Shown: piece after piece, positions 24,046 through 24,957 of the stretch
How the letters are laid out: each line of letters begins with the position of its first letter
Position numbering within the stretch: position 1 is the stretch's first letter
IMG/VR virus record: IMGVR_UViG_3300020042_009066
Coordinates: 1-24,957 of that record
Length of the DNA: 24,957 nucleotides
From: a virus
Taxonomy: Duplodnaviria; Caudoviricetes
Direction: 5' to 3' (one strand)
The notes under the pieces: generated by a model
Seen by the model: only the letters and a program-made list of their open reading frames with translations
Database searches by the model: none
Told to the model about the DNA's origin: nothing
Position numbers and translations under genes: made by a program

Positions 24046-24450
24046 ATGGTAGATACTTTTACTTCAAAACGAGTCGAAATAAATGGAAAAAGATTTTTTT
24101 ACGTTCCAAATACCTTAACAGAAATATTTGGATTTGGAGAAACCAATACTAGGGTTCAAATATCTGGTCAGTCTGCTCAAGCTATTCCTGCGGAAGATTT
24201 AACAAGTAGATTTGGGAAAGTAAATTTTGATATATTAATGGTTGATTCTAATAGTGATTCTGATCCATTAACATTAATTGAAGCTTGGAAAGCTAACAAT
24301 GGTAAAAATTTAATTAAATTACTACCAGATGGAGCTGGTAAAAGTAGAATGTATAGATTTGCTAGTTTAAAAAACGATCCTGAATTTCAACATAGTTCTG
24401 ATGGTGTTATTTCACTTATGTGGGAAGCTTCTAAAGGAACTATAACATAA
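24046..24450 (+). CDS. Tail tube protein, copy 2
   Basis: 134 aa after sheath 2; VQISGQSAQAIPAEDLTSRFGKVNF resembles PQVNGSKIITSDISTNMSKITI of copy 1. Confidence 0.78.
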   Translation: MVDTFTSKRVEINGKRFFYVPNTLTEIFGFGETNTRVQISGQSAQAIPAEDLTSRFGKVNFDILMVDSNSDSDPLTLIEAWKANNGKNLIKLLPDGAGKSRMYRFASLKNDPEFQHSSDGVISLMWEASKGTIT

Positions 24451-24469
24451 ATAATAATTAACCATAATT

Positions 24470-24781
24470 ATGACTGAACTATTAAAAGAAAAAAAATATC
24501 AACTTTTGTCTGAATGTTCTTATTATCTTAACGACTATAAGAAAACAAAAGAAGTAAATTTGTTGGCTCTCAAATTCTGTGACTCTGATAAACTTTTAGA
24601 TTTACTTACAATTAATAAAAAGTTTGAAGCTCTTAATTTTCTTTGTGAAAAAGGTTATATTGCTCCAGTTGAAGGCGGAAAACTTAAAATTGATGAGTTA
24701 GACTTTAGAGCATCTATTGTGTTGTTAGAGGAATATACTTCAAATTTTTTAGACATATCGCCTTTCTTGCCGACAAAGTAG
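24470..24781 (+). CDS. Tail assembly chaperone, copy 2
   Basis: After tube 2; ends IDELDFRASIVLLEEYTSNFL, parallel to IQKLDESDFEELLAKYLEVFF of copy 1. Confidence 0.75.
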   Translation: MTELLKEKKYQLLSECSYYLNDYKKTKEVNLLALKFCDSDKLLDLLTINKKFEALNFLCEKGYIAPVEGGKLKIDELDFRASIVLLEEYTSNFLDISPFLPTK

Positions 24782-24957
24782 AAAGGCGAAAATTTAGAGA
24801 ATCAATTTTTAGTTTCTTAAAATATACAAATGCTTTCACCTACAACGATATTAACAACATGGCTTTCCCTGAATTATTTGAATGGTATGATATTGCTGTA
24901 AAAGATAGCCAATCCGAGCAAAAGAAAGCCGCTGATGAAAGAAAGAAAGCCCAAGAG
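24745..24957 (+). CDS. -1 frameshift extension of chaperone 2, open to the window end
   Basis: In-frame slippery heptamer T-TTT-TTA at 24745-24751. The -1 frame reads RHIAFLADKVERRKFRESIFSFLKYTNAFTYNDINNMAFPELFEWYDIAVKDSQSEQKKAADERKKAQE with no stop. Confidence 0.8.

Noticed and set aside
14920-24957. Calling the duplicated sheath/tube genes a canonical eCIS (Afp/PVC/MAC) or T6SS locus
   Set aside because: The genes are Mu-type with G/G-T chaperones and sit in a phage with terminase, portal and capsid. No Afp15-like ATPase, Afp16 cap or T6SS membrane genes are visible.
22299-24957. Module 2 as an assembly-duplicated copy of module 1
   Set aside because: The DNA and protein sequences are too divergent for a repeated contig segment. 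A chimera of two different phages remains possible and is listed as a test.

Overview
AT-rich tailed-phage (Caudoviricetes) or prophage DNA covering the start of the late region. Bases 1-1566 hold a minus-strand cassette of six small genes behind a near-consensus sigma70 promoter. The plus strand then runs: ParB-N/DNA methyltransferase, TerS, two small ORFs, PBSX-type TerL, a thrice-frameshifted Dam-like methyltransferase, HK97-type portal, MuF/gp7 with a C-terminal extension, prohead protease, major capsid protein, probable decoration proteins, neck genes, and a Mu-like contractile tail module (gp38-like, sheath, tube, chaperone with -1 frameshift, short tape measure, gpN, gpP hub). The most striking feature follows the hub, where spike and baseplate-wedge genes are expected. 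Instead there is an antisense three-gene island and then a second, divergent, apparently intact tail module (gp38-like, sheath, tube, chaperone with its own -1 slippery site) that runs off the window end, so one head module is paired with two tail modules. A repeated non-coding motif (AATCATATTTTTTAG) precedes the plus-strand blocks. No rRNA, tRNA, CRISPR array, integrase or transposase was seen. Product calls come from motif recognition and gene order only; no database search was run.
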